A stretch of DNA of 64,000 nucleotides from Spirochaeta sp. UBA5339 (GCA_002408085.1 DHQL01000013.1:100711-164710), one strand, 5' to 3'. Positions 40,086-52,480 are shown, counted from the stretch's first letter. Translations and numbers: made by a program. Notes: generated from the sequence alone by a model not told the origin.

Positions 40086-41273
40086 TCATTTCAGTGAGAT
40101 CTGAATAATATTCTCAATTCCCCTGATTTTCCCGAGAACCTCATCCGAGGGCTGATCATCCAGCTTCAGGGTACACACCGCGGCCCGTCCTCCTGAGAAG
40201 ATGGAGTTCTCCATCTCTTCAATATTGATGCTGGCGGCTTTAAGCTCATCAAGGACTCCCGCCAGAACGCCCACCTTGTTGTAGTGTCGTACCACAAGGT
40301 TGTAGGGGGCCGTGCTCTTGTCCTGATGGTTGACCTGGTGGAGAGGCTTTCCGCTCTGCATATAGGCATCCACAATTCTGACCACCTCAAGGGCTATGGC
40401 CTCGGCGGCCTGGTCAGTTGAGGCGCCGATATGGTGGGTTCCGGTGATCATGGCAGCCAGCTCGCTGTCGGGAAAGCTGCTGTCTCCGGCACCGGGCTCG
40501 TTTTCATAGACATCCAGAGCGGCCTTTATGCCCCGGTTTTTTACGGCATCCTTCAGAGCGGCAGTATCCACAACCTCGCCCCGGGATGTGTTGACCAGAA
40601 TGGCACCGTCTTTCAGGGCCGAGATAATCTCTTTATTGATAAAATGGACCGTATCCTTGCCTGCAGCCAGATGGACTGTAAGGACATCGGCTTTGGAGGC
40701 TGCTTCGGCGGGGCTGGCGCAGTACTCAACGCCCCATTTCTCAGCCTTTTCGGGGGTCAGACTTCTGGACCACGCGGCCACATGCATACCGAAGGCCTTT
40801 GCCCTGTCAGCGGTACCCCGCCCGATGGAGCCCATTCCGATAACCGAAAGGGTTCTGCCCTTGAGTCCAGCAGCCTTTCCGTAGAGCTTCTTGTTCCAGA
40901 CACCGTTTCTGAGGTCCATGGTGCCGTCGGCGATTCTTCTGTCGGCGGCTATGATCAGACCCATGGCCAGTTCCGCCACAGCGTCGGCGTTTTTGCCGGG
41001 ACAGTTGGCCACGTGGATTCCCCGGGTGGAGGCCGTTTCAAGGTCGATGGTGTTTACACCGGCCCCTGCGCGGATAATCAGGGAGAGGTTTTCCCCACGC
41101 TCGATGGTCTCGCCGCTTACCTTTGTGGAACGGACCACAAGAATCTCCGCATCCTGAATGGCTTCAGGAAGGTCATCGGCTCCAAGGGCCGCATCGATTC
41201 GCAGAGTGGCTCCAAGAGCTTCCAGCTCCTTAACTGCAGATTCGGACAATTTATCGGCTATCAGTATTTTCAT
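40086..41273 (-). CDS. serA: D-3-phosphoglycerate dehydrogenase-like 2-hydroxyacid dehydrogenase with C-terminal ACT domain
   Basis: VRSTK, RAGAGVNTID, NADAVAE, GMGSIG, NTSRGEVVD, DVYENEP, HIGAST; ACT HYNKVGVLA. Confidence 0.75.
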   Translation of the reverse strand: MKILIADKLSESAVKELEALGATLRIDAALGADDLPEAIQDAEILVVRSTKVSGETIERGENLSLIIRAGAGVNTIDLETASTRGIHVANCPGKNADAVAELAMGLIIAADRRIADGTMDLRNGVWNKKLYGKAAGLKGRTLSVIGMGSIGRGTADRAKAFGMHVAAWSRSLTPEKAEKWGVEYCASPAEAASKADVLTVHLAAGKDTVHFINKEIISALKDGAILVNTSRGEVVDTAALKDAVKNRGIKAALDVYENEPGAGDSSFPDSELAAMITGTHHIGASTDQAAEAIALEVVRIVDAYMQSGKPLHQVNHQDKSTAPYNLVVRHYNKVGVLAGVLDELKAASINIEEMENSIFSGGRAAVCTLKLDDQPSDEVLGKIRGIENIIQISLK

Positions 41274-41374
41274 AACTACAGAATAGGTCCGAAAAATCAA
41301 TCTGTAAAGAAAAAATTGATCAAATGGTCAAACATGAGTTCCGGTGCTGAGCTATCCCTGAACAAGGTAGGGTC

Positions 41375-41698
41375 TCAGGCGTCAACGGTCTCCCTGAAAA
41401 TCATCAGGGCCGCCATCATTCTGGGGAAGCCGGCGCTTGGTGCGGTAAGCAGAATGGTGTGCTCGATCTCTTCGGCGGTACACCCCGCTTTAAGGGCCTT
41501 CTCAATATGGGTCTGCAGGGCAAAGTCGAACTGCGAGGCCGCGGAGACGGCGATTTTGATCAGCCACCTTGTCTTATCATCCAGAGGGCCGCCCTTCTCA
41601 TGGAGGGCATGTCCGAACTCCTGGTAGGACTTGTAGAGATCCGGATGCTTTGCCATCAGGTAGTCCAGATTCTCTTTTCTCTTCTTTTTCATGTTCAT
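41375..41698 (-). CDS. Carboxymuconolactone decarboxylase (CMD) family protein, no CxxC
   Basis: GPLDDKTRWLIKIA, HIEKALKAGCTAEEI, GFP. Confidence 0.85.
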   Translation of the reverse strand: MNMKKKRKENLDYLMAKHPDLYKSYQEFGHALHEKGGPLDDKTRWLIKIAVSAASQFDFALQTHIEKALKAGCTAEEIEHTILLTAPSAGFPRMMAALMIFRETVDA

Positions 41699-41755
41699 AT
41701 GGTCCCTTCCTTAACTATTCCAGATCTATCTCATATGGTAACATGCTGGTGAAAT

Positions 41756-42127
41756 ATGAACAGGTATGATTTTATTAAAAACACACTTCTGTTTATTCTC
41801 TTCTTTCTTTTCCAGTGGTTTGCTCAGTATGCAGCCGCAAGGCTCTCCGACGGAGGGAGCAAACTTTTTCATATCCTGATGTACGGCGGATTCTTCCTCA
41901 GAGCCCTTGTATGGATTGAGATCCTGAGGGACATGAAGCTGATCTCGGCATTCAGCATCAGCAGCCTCAGCTACCTTATCATTCCACTCTTATCCTGGAG
42001 ATTTACGGGAGAGGAGTATAAAAGCTCCTATCTTCTTGGCGGCCTTCTGATTCTGGCCGGAATACTTATCTTTTCGGTGGGTGAGCAGAGAGAGCAGAGT
42101 CCTGAACCTGCGGGAGAGAGCCTGTGA
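41756..42127 (+). CDS. Small EamA/SMR-like transporter subunit
   Basis: Four TM; W..ILR.MKLISAF, GE, LGGLLILAGI. Confidence 0.7.
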   Translation: MNRYDFIKNTLLFILFFLFQWFAQYAAARLSDGGSKLFHILMYGGFFLRALVWIEILRDMKLISAFSISSLSYLIIPLLSWRFTGEEYKSSYLLGGLLILAGILIFSVGEQREQSPEPAGESL

Positions 42128-42465
42128 TCGCCTATCTGCTGATGGTTGCCATACTTTTGATGGTATCGGGAGGACAGACCCTTCTGAAGAAGGGAATACA
42201 GTCGGGTAAGGAGAGGGGAAGGAGCCGTCTGGTCTCTCTGTTTCATCCCTATGTTCTTCTGGCGGGTGTTCTTGCCGCCATTTCTCCCTTTCTCTACATC
42301 CGGGTCGTAGCCATGCTGGGACTCTCATCGGCCTTCGGCCTCAATGCCCTGGGCTATCCTCTGATCTTCCTTCTCTCATGGATCTTTCTCAAGGAAAGAT
42401 CCAACCCCTGGCACTGGACCGGGCTGATTCTGATCAGTGCCGGCGTCTTTACCTGGTCTCTATAG
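42124..42465 (+). CDS. Small EamA/SMR-like transporter subunit (ArnE/F-like)
   Basis: GQTLLKKG, LSSAF, FLKE, GLILISAGV; GTGA overlap with the upstream gene. Confidence 0.72.
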   Translation: MIAYLLMVAILLMVSGGQTLLKKGIQSGKERGRSRLVSLFHPYVLLAGVLAAISPFLYIRVVAMLGLSSAFGLNALGYPLIFLLSWIFLKERSNPWHWTGLILISAGVFTWSL

Positions 42466-42470
42466 ATCCG

Positions 42471-42497
42471 AAAAAGGCCGCTCCCGGAAGAGCGGCC
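42471..42497 (-). terminator. Terminator hairpin between convergent genes
   Basis: AAAAA GGCCGCTC-CCGGAA-GAGCGGCC. Confidence 0.6.
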
Positions 42498-42539
42498 CTG
42501 TTCAAATCAGATCCCTTTCACCAGGGAAGTCTTTATGCC

Positions 42540-45614
<3,075 letters not shown>

Positions 45615-45704
45615 TTAATGGTATGGTTTCCGAATTTTATATCTGTGTTTTAACACAAGAATTAGGGTGGTAAAATGGGGCTTATGGTATATATAATGTG
45701 TTAA

Positions 45705-46595
45705 ATGGTATTTCCCGGCAACGACAAAATAAAGGATCAGCTCATCTTCCGGTCTCTGGGAGAATCCTCCCGCCGTCAGAGAATCGGATGCGGCTTTATG
45801 AACAAGAGGGGGATAACCTTTGATGAGCACAACAGTCTCTTTACAACCTATGCCCTGATCTATGTGATCCGGGGGCAGGGGACCTATGTGGATGAAGAGG
45901 GGCAGGAGACTCCTCTGACCGCAGGCTCCCTCTTTCAGCGGCATCCCGGCATGATTCACTCAACAATTATTGATCCCGAAAGCGGATGGCAGGAGTGTTT
46001 TCTCGATCTGGGAGAGGATCTCTACAGGGCACTGGTGACAATGCGTCTTGTTCTGCCCGAGGAGAAGGTATGCTGGCTGCCTCCCGGCAGCGGTATCGAG
46101 GAGGAGTTCTACAGAATGATGATCAGTCTGAAGGAGTCAACCGAGCGAGAGCTTCCTCACTACAGCATGAGCATTATGCAGTTCTGCGCCTCTCTGCTGG
46201 AGAGGGCCCGCAAGGGGGATGAGCCTGAGTGGGTCAGAATCGAACAGAGCTGCCAGGATTTTAACCGCCGACTTGATGAACGGCTTGATCTTAAAGAGTA
46301 CTGCCGGGACAGAGGCTGGGGGTATGAATCTTTCAGAAAGGACTTTACCAGGAAAATGGGACTTTCCCCGGGGCAGTATATTATTCAGCGCCGGATGGAT
46401 GAGGCTTGCCGGCTGCTTAGAACCGGACATCTCTCTGTTAAGGAAACTGCACAGAAGCTGGGCTATAGGAGTCCCTATGAGTTCTCCGCACAGTTCAGAC
46501 GGTTTACGGGCTGGTCTCCCAGGGACTACCGTGGAGCCCAGCCTTCCGGGGAAGATCAGAGCTCCGAGGAAGATCAGCCTCTGGCTGCCAGATAG
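45705..46595 (+). CDS. AraC family transcriptional regulator, divergent from lacZ
   Basis: Cupin-like N-terminus; FTRKMGLSPGQY, LGYRSPYEFSAQFRRFTGWSPRDYR. Confidence 0.9.
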   Translation: MVFPGNDKIKDQLIFRSLGESSRRQRIGCGFMNKRGITFDEHNSLFTTYALIYVIRGQGTYVDEEGQETPLTAGSLFQRHPGMIHSTIIDPESGWQECFLDLGEDLYRALVTMRLVLPEEKVCWLPPGSGIEEEFYRMMISLKESTERELPHYSMSIMQFCASLLERARKGDEPEWVRIEQSCQDFNRRLDERLDLKEYCRDRGWGYESFRKDFTRKMGLSPGQYIIQRRMDEACRLLRTGHLSVKETAQKLGYRSPYEFSAQFRRFTGWSPRDYRGAQPSGEDQSSEEDQPLAAR

Positions 46596-46801
46596 TCTCT
46601 GACAATCTTGGTGATAAGAAGGGCTGTGGGAATCAGGTGGTAGAACACATCAAAAATATCGATGGGTTTCTTCAGGGTCCCTTCCCTGAGCATATGGAAT
46701 TTTTCAACCAGATGGGGCTGAGGGGTAAAGGGTGCCAGCAACATAAGCACCGAAAATAGAATCAGCATTGAATAGTCAATTTTGTCCAGAAATGAAAACA
46801 C
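46574..46801 (-). CDS. Small two-TM conserved hypothetical protein
   Basis: LAPFTPQPHLVEKFHML..GTL..PIDIFD...H motif; GTG start with AAGGAG SD. Confidence 0.7.
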   Translation of the reverse strand: MFSFLDKIDYSMLILFSVLMLLAPFTPQPHLVEKFHMLREGTLKKPIDIFDVFYHLIPTALLITKIVRDYLAARG

Positions 46802-46839
46802 TCTGTTCTCCTTGGTTTATCTTAAGAGGCAATTTTAGA

Positions 46840-47214
46840 TTACGAGGCCCGGACAGCCGGGAAGACTTCATTCAGATAAAGGCCGGACTTTTCAACACAG
46901 CCTTCGCAGCTGAGCCTTTTGGCCTTGCGGATCTTTTTGCATACAAGGTCTCCAGCTTCTTCAGCAAACCATCTCTCAAAGTCTTCCACTTTATCGGGAT
47001 GATACTTATTCAGAAGATAAGAGGCTGCATAGTAGGCACCGCATACTTTGCCTGGAGCCTTTCCATAGCCGTTTTTTCTGAATTCAATAAAGAGTTCGCT
47101 GTCCTTGTCGATCCCCTCGGGATCATAGATCATCAGGATGGCCTGGGCACAGTTGACGAGTTTTCTGTCGATTTTTGTTTTAAATATGTCCAGTGCTTCC
47201 TGTTCTCTGTTCAT
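46840..47214 (-). CDS. C-GCAxxG-C-C family putative redox protein
   Basis: NCAQA...G..CGA...VCKKIR...CEGCV. Confidence 0.75.
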   Translation of the reverse strand: MNREQEALDIFKTKIDRKLVNCAQAILMIYDPEGIDKDSELFIEFRKNGYGKAPGKVCGAYYAASYLLNKYHPDKVEDFERWFAEEAGDLVCKKIRKAKRLSCEGCVEKSGLYLNEVFPAVRAS

Positions 47215-47252
47215 TGCTCTTTCCTGATAAATATAGATTATGCTTAATGTAT

Positions 47253-47276
47253 ATATGGAAAACCATATGTTGTCAA
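47253..47276 (-). promoter_or_regulatory. Promoter -35 with a palindromic operator in the spacer
   Basis: TTGACA on the minus strand (47276-47271) next to ATATGG-AAAA-CCATAT (47253-47268). Confidence 0.5.
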
Positions 47277-47379
47277 GGAGAAATCAAGTTCCCGGTTTTC
47301 TCAAAGGGAATATCCTTAATAAAGAAAACGGGGCTGTTAACTATTAATATCACTCACAGCGCAGGGGGTAAACAGGGTG

Positions 47380-48012
47380 TTATCTGTGATCCCGGTGAAA
47401 ATCCGTAGCAAACTGGAAAAAGAGTTCTTTCCATACTTCTATGTTGAAGCTTGTATCCCGGGGATGGGGTAGCCTGGCAATCCGGCACTCTGCTTTTCCG
47501 GGATTCAGTAACCAGGTTTTCATTCTGCCCCCCTGCCAGCTGTACTCTCTGCCCTGTCTACCTCCCAGGGTGGGCATATTGTCATAAACGTCTTCACCGG
47601 TCATTACAACCAGTTCGGGACGGAGGGTTAGAATTACTTCCTTGTAGATTTCCTGGGACTCCTTCCACATCTGCCGACTTACGGGTGAGTAGCCGTCGGG
47701 GAGAATCCCCTGTATATATTGGTGAAAGCAGAGGCTGTTCCAGAATTTCTTCCGGTCCAGTTTGAGTTTCCCTCCCAGCCCCGACTTCCAGTGTCTTTTC
47801 CCGGAGAGAACCTGTTCCAGAGTCGTAAAGAAGATATCATCTACCCGGTCTCTGCTGAGGTCTGAAATATAGTCCGTAATGGTTCTGTCTCTATACCGGG
47901 CGTCGTAATAGCTTCTGCCGATAACAAGAAGGCGCAGATCATCCTTTGAGCCGTAGGTACTTCCGATCCAGGGAGGATAATTCATTGCTTGAAAGGAATG
48001 AGTTCTGCTCAT
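47380..48012 (-). CDS. Uracil-DNA glycosylase-fold-like hypothetical protein
   Basis: PWIG..Y, LLVIGRSYY, FWNSLCF..Y.Q, LRPELVVMTG, LPHP. Confidence 0.55.
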   Translation of the reverse strand: MSRTHSFQAMNYPPWIGSTYGSKDDLRLLVIGRSYYDARYRDRTITDYISDLSRDRVDDIFFTTLEQVLSGKRHWKSGLGGKLKLDRKKFWNSLCFHQYIQGILPDGYSPVSRQMWKESQEIYKEVILTLRPELVVMTGEDVYDNMPTLGGRQGREYSWQGGRMKTWLLNPGKAECRIARLPHPRDTSFNIEVWKELFFQFATDFHRDHR

Positions 48013-48061
48013 ACTATTACTCTTGTCAGGCTTTCTGCCTGTTGAAATTTGAAGAAAGGAT

Positions 48062-48088
48062 TCTCTCCCTCCATAGTTTGGAGGGAGA
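48062..48088 (-). terminator. Hairpin downstream of the 48101-48502 gene
   Basis: TCTCCCTCCA-TAGTT-TGGAGGGAGA. Confidence 0.5.
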
Positions 48089-48100
48089 CAGACTGATTAA

Positions 48101-48502
48101 TTAGTCCTGATAGCCAACGATCCAGATTGCCAGCAGGATTACAACCTGGGGCAGAAGAGCTCCGAGCCAGCGGACCAGGTCGGGCTCAATAAAGTTGGAG
48201 AGGAAAAAGTTCAGAACGATGCTGATCAGGAAGAACACGCAGATAACAATATGAACAATTCTGTAGATTCCGTCGTCAATGGGTACAAACAGGGCCAGAG
48301 CCAGGACGATACCCGCAACCAGCTGAACGATACCAAATGTTATAGGGAAGATGTTGTTGGACTTGCCGAACATCTTGTTCAGACCGCGGACAGCTTCCTG
48401 TCCGGCGGAGTTATAGCCGTTGATAGCCATAATCCCGAATACGATCAGGGCGGCGCCCAGTACAAGCTGTAGGACAAAATAGACATTGATTTCTCTTCTC
48501 AT
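48101..48502 (-). CDS. Four-TM hypothetical membrane protein
   Basis: AGGAG SD; hydrophobic 133-aa ORF. Confidence 0.75.
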   Translation of the reverse strand: MRREINVYFVLQLVLGAALIVFGIMAINGYNSAGQEAVRGLNKMFGKSNNIFPITFGIVQLVAGIVLALALFVPIDDGIYRIVHIVICVFFLISIVLNFFLSNFIEPDLVRWLGALLPQVVILLAIWIVGYQD

Positions 48503-48663
48503 AAATTACTCCTGTAAGTGAATTCACCTGTATTTAAGAGTAAAACATCGCTCAGTTATGTACAAATTATAAATAGTTTTTTAATGTTTTTAAGAGGCTG
48601 ATATTTCAGTTTTTAATAGATTTCTGATTGTCAGATTGTTATATTTGGTACGGAGGTATTATT

Positions 48664-49275
48664 GTGTCCAATAAAATTAAACCGGTATGGATCGTACTAG
48701 GGGTCCTGGTTCTGGCAGTTGTAATGATCTTCTCCTCTTTCAAGGGGACATACAACAATATGGTGGCCCTTGATGAAAACGTAACATCATCCTGGAGTCA
48801 GGTGGAAAATGTCTATCAGAGACGGATGGACCTGATTCCCAATCTGGTAAGTACCGTCAAGGCCTATGCGGCCCATGAATCCGAAACATTTACTCAGCTC
48901 GCCGAAGCAAGATCCAAAGCCGGGGGAACCATTCAGGTATCCGATGAAGTTCTGAATGATCCCGAGAGCTTTCAGAGATTTCAGCAGGCACAGAACGAGC
49001 TTGGCTCCGCACTGCAGAGGTTGATGGTTATCTCTGAAAACTACCCGGAACTGAAGGCAAATCAGAACTTTCTGGCCCTGCAGGATCAGCTTGAAGGGAC
49101 GGAAAACCGTATTGCCGTGGAACGAAAGCGTTTCAATGACGCCGTACAGACCTACAATATGTATATCCGTCAGTTCCCAAGGGTTTTTATAGCCGGAGCC
49201 ATGGGCTTCGACCAGAAGCAGTACTTTCAGGCTGCCCAGGGCGCCGATCAGGCTCCCGTTGTCTCCTTTGAATAG
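48664..49275 (+). CDS. lemA: LemA family protein
   Basis: YN, WSQVENVYQRRMDLIPNLV, ENYPELKANQNF, LEGTENRI; GTG start with GGAGG SD. Confidence 0.92.
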   Translation: MSNKIKPVWIVLGVLVLAVVMIFSSFKGTYNNMVALDENVTSSWSQVENVYQRRMDLIPNLVSTVKAYAAHESETFTQLAEARSKAGGTIQVSDEVLNDPESFQRFQQAQNELGSALQRLMVISENYPELKANQNFLALQDQLEGTENRIAVERKRFNDAVQTYNMYIRQFPRVFIAGAMGFDQKQYFQAAQGADQAPVVSFE

Positions 49276-49284
49276 GAGCCCGTT

Positions 49285-49959
49285 ATGAAAAAAGTCATTC
49301 TAAGTGAAGAAGAGCAGAGCGCCATTGCCCAGGCTGTAAAGAAGGCCGAATCCCGGACTTCTGGAGAGATCTCCACTGCTGTGATTGCCGAGAGTTCGGA
49401 CTATGCCTTTTTTGAGGTGCGGGCGGCAGTTGTGTTTGCGGTGCTCCTCTATATTCTGCAGCTCCAGATCTTCCACGGCCTCGAGGCATTTGTCTCCTCT
49501 CTGGTCTGGAACTCTCCGGCCTGGCTGGTCCCCCTCTTTATGGGGGCAGTCAGTCTGATCGGGGGAGGGCTGTTCTATTTTTTCAGCAATCTTCCTGCCG
49601 TTGACAGAGTCATTATCCCCAAAAATATCATGGCAAAAAGGGTGAGGGCCCGGGCCCTGATGCACTTTACCGAATCCGGTGTTTATCAGACAAAGGACGG
49701 CACCGGGATTCTGATCTTCATTTCCCTCCTTGAAAAACGTGTTGAGATCCTTGCCGATGAGGGAATCAGCAGTAAGATGCCCGAGGGTGAGTGGGAGAGC
49801 ATTGTCAGCGAGATGACCGCCAGCTTTGGGGATAAGAAGATTTCGGAAGGTCTGATCGGGGCCATTGAGCGTTGCGGCAGACGCCTTGAGGAGTTCTTTC
49901 CAAAGCCCGAGGGCAATGAAAATGAACTCTCCGACAATATTGTGATTCTGGAGGAGTGA
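49285..49959 (+). CDS. TPM-domain (DUF477-type) membrane protein
   Basis: AESRTSGEI, TGILIFISLLEKRVEILADEGI, NELSD. Confidence 0.85.
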   Translation: MKKVILSEEEQSAIAQAVKKAESRTSGEISTAVIAESSDYAFFEVRAAVVFAVLLYILQLQIFHGLEAFVSSLVWNSPAWLVPLFMGAVSLIGGGLFYFFSNLPAVDRVIIPKNIMAKRVRARALMHFTESGVYQTKDGTGILIFISLLEKRVEILADEGISSKMPEGEWESIVSEMTASFGDKKISEGLIGAIERCGRRLEEFFPKPEGNENELSDNIVILEE

Positions 49960-50759
49960 AGATGAACAGTATAATCAAACCCTTAGCGGTACTTCTTCTT
50001 CTCTTTCTTCCCCTTTCCCTGATGGCACTGGATGTGCCGAAACTGGATGGACGGGTCAACGACAGGGCAGGAGTCTTCTCCCTCTCCCAGAAGCAGCAGC
50101 TGGAGCAGTATCTGGCAGCCCTGGAAAGCGAGACATCCGCTCAAATGGCGGTACTTACGGTGAAAAGCCTTAAGGGAGACAGTCTGGAATCCTACTCCAT
50201 CCGTGTTGTGGATGAGTGGAAGCTGGGACAGGCGGGAGAGGACAACGGCGTTCTCCTTCTGCTGGTTCTCGATGAGAGGAAGGTCCGCCTTGAGGTGGGT
50301 TACGGTCTGGAAGGAACCCTGACCGACGCCAAATCAGGCTACATCGTCAGAGAGGTGATGATTCCCTACTTTTCAAAGGGGGATTATGCCGGCGGTATCA
50401 TGGCGGCGTCCAGCGCCGTAGCCGGTGTGATTACCGGAGGAAAGGATATCTCAGCCGCTGCCCTGCAGAAATCCCAGAAGAGCAGTCAGAGCTCCTCGGG
50501 AGGTTCGGGTATCGGCTTTCTGGTGATCCTCTTTGTGATTATCTTCAACTCCTTCGGACGGGTCGGCCGCAGGGGCAGGGGCGGAATCTTCCAGCTCCTT
50601 CTTCTTAACTCCCTGCTGAGCGGTTCAAGACGCTCCTACAGATCCGGAGGCTTCGGCGGAGGCCGGGGCGGCGGATTTGGAGGGGGAAGCTTCGGCGGAG
50701 GCGGCTTTGGCGGTGGAGGAGGCGGCTTCGGCGGAGGCGGTGCCTCGGGAAGCTGGTAA
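49956..50759 (+). CDS. TPM-domain (YgcG-like) protein with Gly-rich tail
   Basis: VNDRA, WKLG...DNGVL, RLEVGYGLEGTLTD, GGGGGFGGGGASGSW. Confidence 0.9.
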   Translation: MKMNSIIKPLAVLLLLFLPLSLMALDVPKLDGRVNDRAGVFSLSQKQQLEQYLAALESETSAQMAVLTVKSLKGDSLESYSIRVVDEWKLGQAGEDNGVLLLLVLDERKVRLEVGYGLEGTLTDAKSGYIVREVMIPYFSKGDYAGGIMAASSAVAGVITGGKDISAAALQKSQKSSQSSSGGSGIGFLVILFVIIFNSFGRVGRRGRGGIFQLLLLNSLLSGSRRSYRSGGFGGGRGGGFGGGSFGGGGFGGGGGGFGGGGASGSW

Positions 50760-51209
50760 TCTCAGTGCCGGGAGGGCCTGCCAGCCCTCCTCGCTGTAGA
50801 ATCTCTTATCCAGCATATAGGTCACAACCCTTCTTATATAGGGAATCGTGCACTCCGGGAGACTGTCCATGGGGAACCAGCTGAGGTCCGAGCACTTCTC
50901 GGGTTCCCTGTTTACGGGTACTCCCTCCCATTTTTCAGTCATAAAAAACATATCCACCCTGACAGAGTCATCTGAGTTGCGGTGCATAAAGTGGACCGGC
51001 ACCAGATCCTCCTCACGGACTGTTATCCCCGCCTCTTCAAAAGCCTCACGGATAATAGCGGCGGTAAAGGACTCTTCATCCTCCACGTGTCCTGCTATAA
51101 AGCTGTACTGACCGTCGCAGAAACCGGTGTTGGCCCTCTGCAGGAGCATTATTTCATTCCCCCTCTTCAGAATCAGGTAAGACGCCGGAGTATTGGAACA
51201 GCCGCTCAC
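50625..51209 (-). CDS. NUDIX hydrolase (with a 3' extension overlapping the TPM gene)
   Basis: Nudix box GHVEDEESFTAAIIREAFEEAG; NREPEKC; GTG start overlapping the chrA stop. Confidence 0.85.
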   Translation of the reverse strand: MSGCSNTPASYLILKRGNEIMLLQRANTGFCDGQYSFIAGHVEDEESFTAAIIREAFEEAGITVREEDLVPVHFMHRNSDDSVRVDMFFMTEKWEGVPVNREPEKCSDLSWFPMDSLPECTIPYIRRVVTYMLDKRFYSEEGWQALPALRLPASRGTASAEAASSTAKAASAEASPSKSAAPASAEASGSVGAS

Positions 51210-51766
51210 AGCAGCACCATCCCGGCAACAGCGGCCGCGGCAATATAGACAATGGGATGGAACTTCCACTTCAGAAAGCCGAATCCGATAATCACAAATA
51301 TAAGGATATTCACAGGCGGAATGAGGTCCGCCCAGTTTCCGCTCTCCTGAAAGACTCTCCAGGGGATAACGGCTACGGTAATTACATTGAAGGCCGCAGT
51401 GGCGATCAGTCCGGTTACCGCAGGTCTCAGACCCTTCAGTATCGACTGCACAAGGGGCTTTTCGTTGAAGTGGAGAAAGTACCGGGCCACCAGAACGATA
51501 ATGATCAGGGATGGGCTGACCAGTCCCAGAGTTGCCGCCAGGGATCCGCCGATTCCCGCCTGCTCCAGCCCCACATAGGTTGCCATATTGACCCCGATGG
51601 GACCGGGGGTTGATTCGGAAACCGCCACCATATGGAAGAAGCGGTCCAGTGTGAACCAGCCCCGCTCAAGGGCCTCGCTCTGGAGAAGGGGAAGGGCGGC
51701 CAGACCGCCGCCGATGGTAAAAAGCCCGATTTTAAAGAAGATCAGGTAGAGGGAAATATATGTCAT
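51206..51766 (-). CDS. chrA: Short-chain chromate transporter, second subunit
   Basis: FFKIGLFTIGGG, SESTPGPIGVNMATYVG, GLRPAV; ATGA overlap. Confidence 0.88.
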   Translation of the reverse strand: MTYISLYLIFFKIGLFTIGGGLAALPLLQSEALERGWFTLDRFFHMVAVSESTPGPIGVNMATYVGLEQAGIGGSLAATLGLVSPSLIIIVLVARYFLHFNEKPLVQSILKGLRPAVTGLIATAAFNVITVAVIPWRVFQESGNWADLIPPVNILIFVIIGFGFLKWKFHPIVYIAAAAVAGMVLL

Positions 51767-52332
51767 TTTCTCTCCCTCCCTTTCAGGAAGAACGCTGCTC
51801 CGCCCAGGGAGGCAGAAATCAGGACGGCAATAATCGGAGAGATACCGGCAAATCCGACGGCTGCGAAGGCTCCCAGGCAGATCAGGAGTCCCCATATATT
51901 TTTGACGGTCTTCTGTGCAAACTTCCAGACCGATGAGATCAGCAGAACCGCGACGGCAATATTTACCCCCTTAAGAGCCTTTTGTACGAGAGGATACTCG
52001 TCAAAACGGTCCAGAAAACTGGCAATCAGTATGATAATAATCAGTGAGGGAGTGATCATGCCCAGTGTGGCGGCCACGGCGCCGGGGATACCGGCAGTCT
52101 TGTATCCGGTAAAGGTGGCCACATTGATTGCGATGATTCCCGGGGTGGACTGGCCAATGGCGTAGTAGTCGAGGAGCTCCTCCTCGCTGACCCATGCCTT
52201 CTTTTCGGAGAGCTCCTTCTCCAGAAGGGGAAGCATGGCATAGCCTCCGCCGAAGCTGACGGAGCCAATTTTGAAAAACGTTACATAGAGTTCTCTCAGT
52301 ACAGAGATCCGCATGGTTTCCTCGTTACTCAT
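51763..52332 (-). CDS. chrA: Short-chain chromate transporter, first subunit
   Basis: FFKIGSVSFGGGYAM, GQSTPGIIAINVATFTG; start uncertain (52332 or 52314). Confidence 0.88.
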   Translation of the reverse strand: MSNEETMRISVLRELYVTFFKIGSVSFGGGYAMLPLLEKELSEKKAWVSEEELLDYYAIGQSTPGIIAINVATFTGYKTAGIPGAVAATLGMITPSLIIIILIASFLDRFDEYPLVQKALKGVNIAVAVLLISSVWKFAQKTVKNIWGLLICLGAFAAVGFAGISPIIAVLISASLGGAAFFLKGRERK

Positions 52333-52449
52333 CTGTTGATTGTCCTGATAGTGGATTGTCCGCATTGTAACCTCATATCCCCGGTAGGGTTCAATCCCCT
52401 GTGAGAATTTTCGATACAGTGGTTGTGCCGGTACGGGTGGAATCCGGGC

Positions 52450-52480
52450 AAAAGAAAAGCCGCCGGAAGACCGGCAGCTG
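52450..52480 (-). terminator. Terminator of the 52510-53553 gene
   Basis: A-run then AGCCGCCGG-AAGA-CCGGCAGCT. Confidence 0.55.

Noticed and set aside
40431-41627. 398-aa + strand ORF
   Set aside because: Antisense to the serA-like and CMD genes; no recognisable domain
50640-50750. GGCGGA/GGCTTC repeats as a possible CRISPR or VNTR
   Set aside because: They encode the normal Gly-rich tail of the TPM protein; no spacers
48664-50759. LemA-TPM-TPM cluster as a novel system
   Set aside because: A widespread, already recognised conserved operon
52380-52405. GGGTTCAATCCC resembling a tRNA T-arm
   Set aside because: Loop is one base short and there is no acceptor, D or anticodon arm
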